Below, one piece after another: positions 63,312-64,000 of a stretch of 64,000 nt of DNA. The stretch is from Euprymna scolopes (taxonomy: Eukaryota): assembly GCA_053919585.1 (NCBI GenBank), contig CM132809.1; one strand, 5' to 3'. Both the position numbers and the translations under genes were made by a program. The notes beneath the pieces are model-generated. The model searched no databases and had not been told where the DNA came from. It saw only the letters and a list, made by a program, of their open reading frames with translations. Each line of letters starts with the position of its first letter. The first letter of the stretch is position 1.

Positions 63312-64000
63312 AACTGTTGAAGCACCTGGTAACAATTATACGAGTTGTATGATGAAAAAATTATGATTTTTTTAACCTACTGACAGCATAATTAGCGTCC
63401 TAAATTATACGATGAAAAAATAAAAGAATCTTAGTAATAATAAAACAAAAAACAACGCCGGTTTTCGAAGATGCTGAAAACGAATATCAGTGAAATTTGT
63501 TTTAATATGAAGAAATTACTACGTAGCCAGAAGGTGGGTGCTCATTTTACGTTGAATGTATATAGGAAAGTTATCCCATACTTTTTGAAAAAAAATTCTT
63601 CGTATCATGAAAACTACTAATCTGCCCCAAATTAAAATATCATATTCGTTTTCAGCACCCCCATACGCATTAAAATGTTTTTTGAGGAGTTGGAAAGAAA
63701 TTTGACATTAACCGATTTTTTTTATTCGAGAAAGGGTTCAGAGGTAAGTCAAATAAACAATTATTTTTTTGTATAGATTTTTTTTTCAAGAAAAATAGAA
63801 AAAAATAGCTTTGTTTTTGTGGGTGTCATTTTTTTATTTATTCATTTTTTTCCTCAAGGAAAAACCTGAAAACTAGAAAAATTGAAACAAAACTGGGTGG
63901 TATAGTTTTTTTTATTCATATTCAATCAGATATTGCATTTATTTCCTCTGACAGTTAGGGTGTGTGCGTAAATTTTATTCCACATTCGCGCTGGAGGTCT

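Larger units (their letters stand above)
58372..63718. mobile_element. Long-inverted-repeat (foldback-like) DNA element split by two CR1 insertions
   Basis: 58375-58424 plus 58867-59118 align with the reverse complement of about 63374-63715 (e.g. tttctttccaactcctcaaa / tttgaggagttggaaagaaa; ttaggacgctaat / attagcgtcctaa). Confidence 0.7.

Overview
AT-rich eukaryotic draft-assembly DNA, probably from an invertebrate animal, with seven N gaps and many (TA)n/(CA)n microsatellites. Most recognisable sequence is decayed transposable elements: a Ty3/Gypsy remnant, a Ty1/Copia with both LTRs, five CR1 LINE pieces (one with an intact 569-aa RT frame, one near full length), a Tc1 transposon, an R4-like RLE fragment, Helitron remnants and a 5S-derived SINE head. 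There is also a Vingi/Ingi-like LINE with a 13-bp TSD and a 5' inversion, which carries a nested Helitron and a MITE. The most notable signal is eight type I hammerhead-ribozyme-like motifs (CUGAnGA...GAAA...NUH, mostly with palindromic stem III) at seven loci with no obvious shared flanking sequence. They lie in Penelope-like element (PLE) pseudo-LTRs or in short 120-400 bp units ending at (TA)n tracts, suggesting a diverse (TA)n-targeting PLE/retrozyme-like system. Every copy has at least one core or stem defect. No host gene is identifiable with confidence, although three phase-compatible minus-strand exon candidates exist. All family assignments come from motifs recognised by eye; no database search was run.
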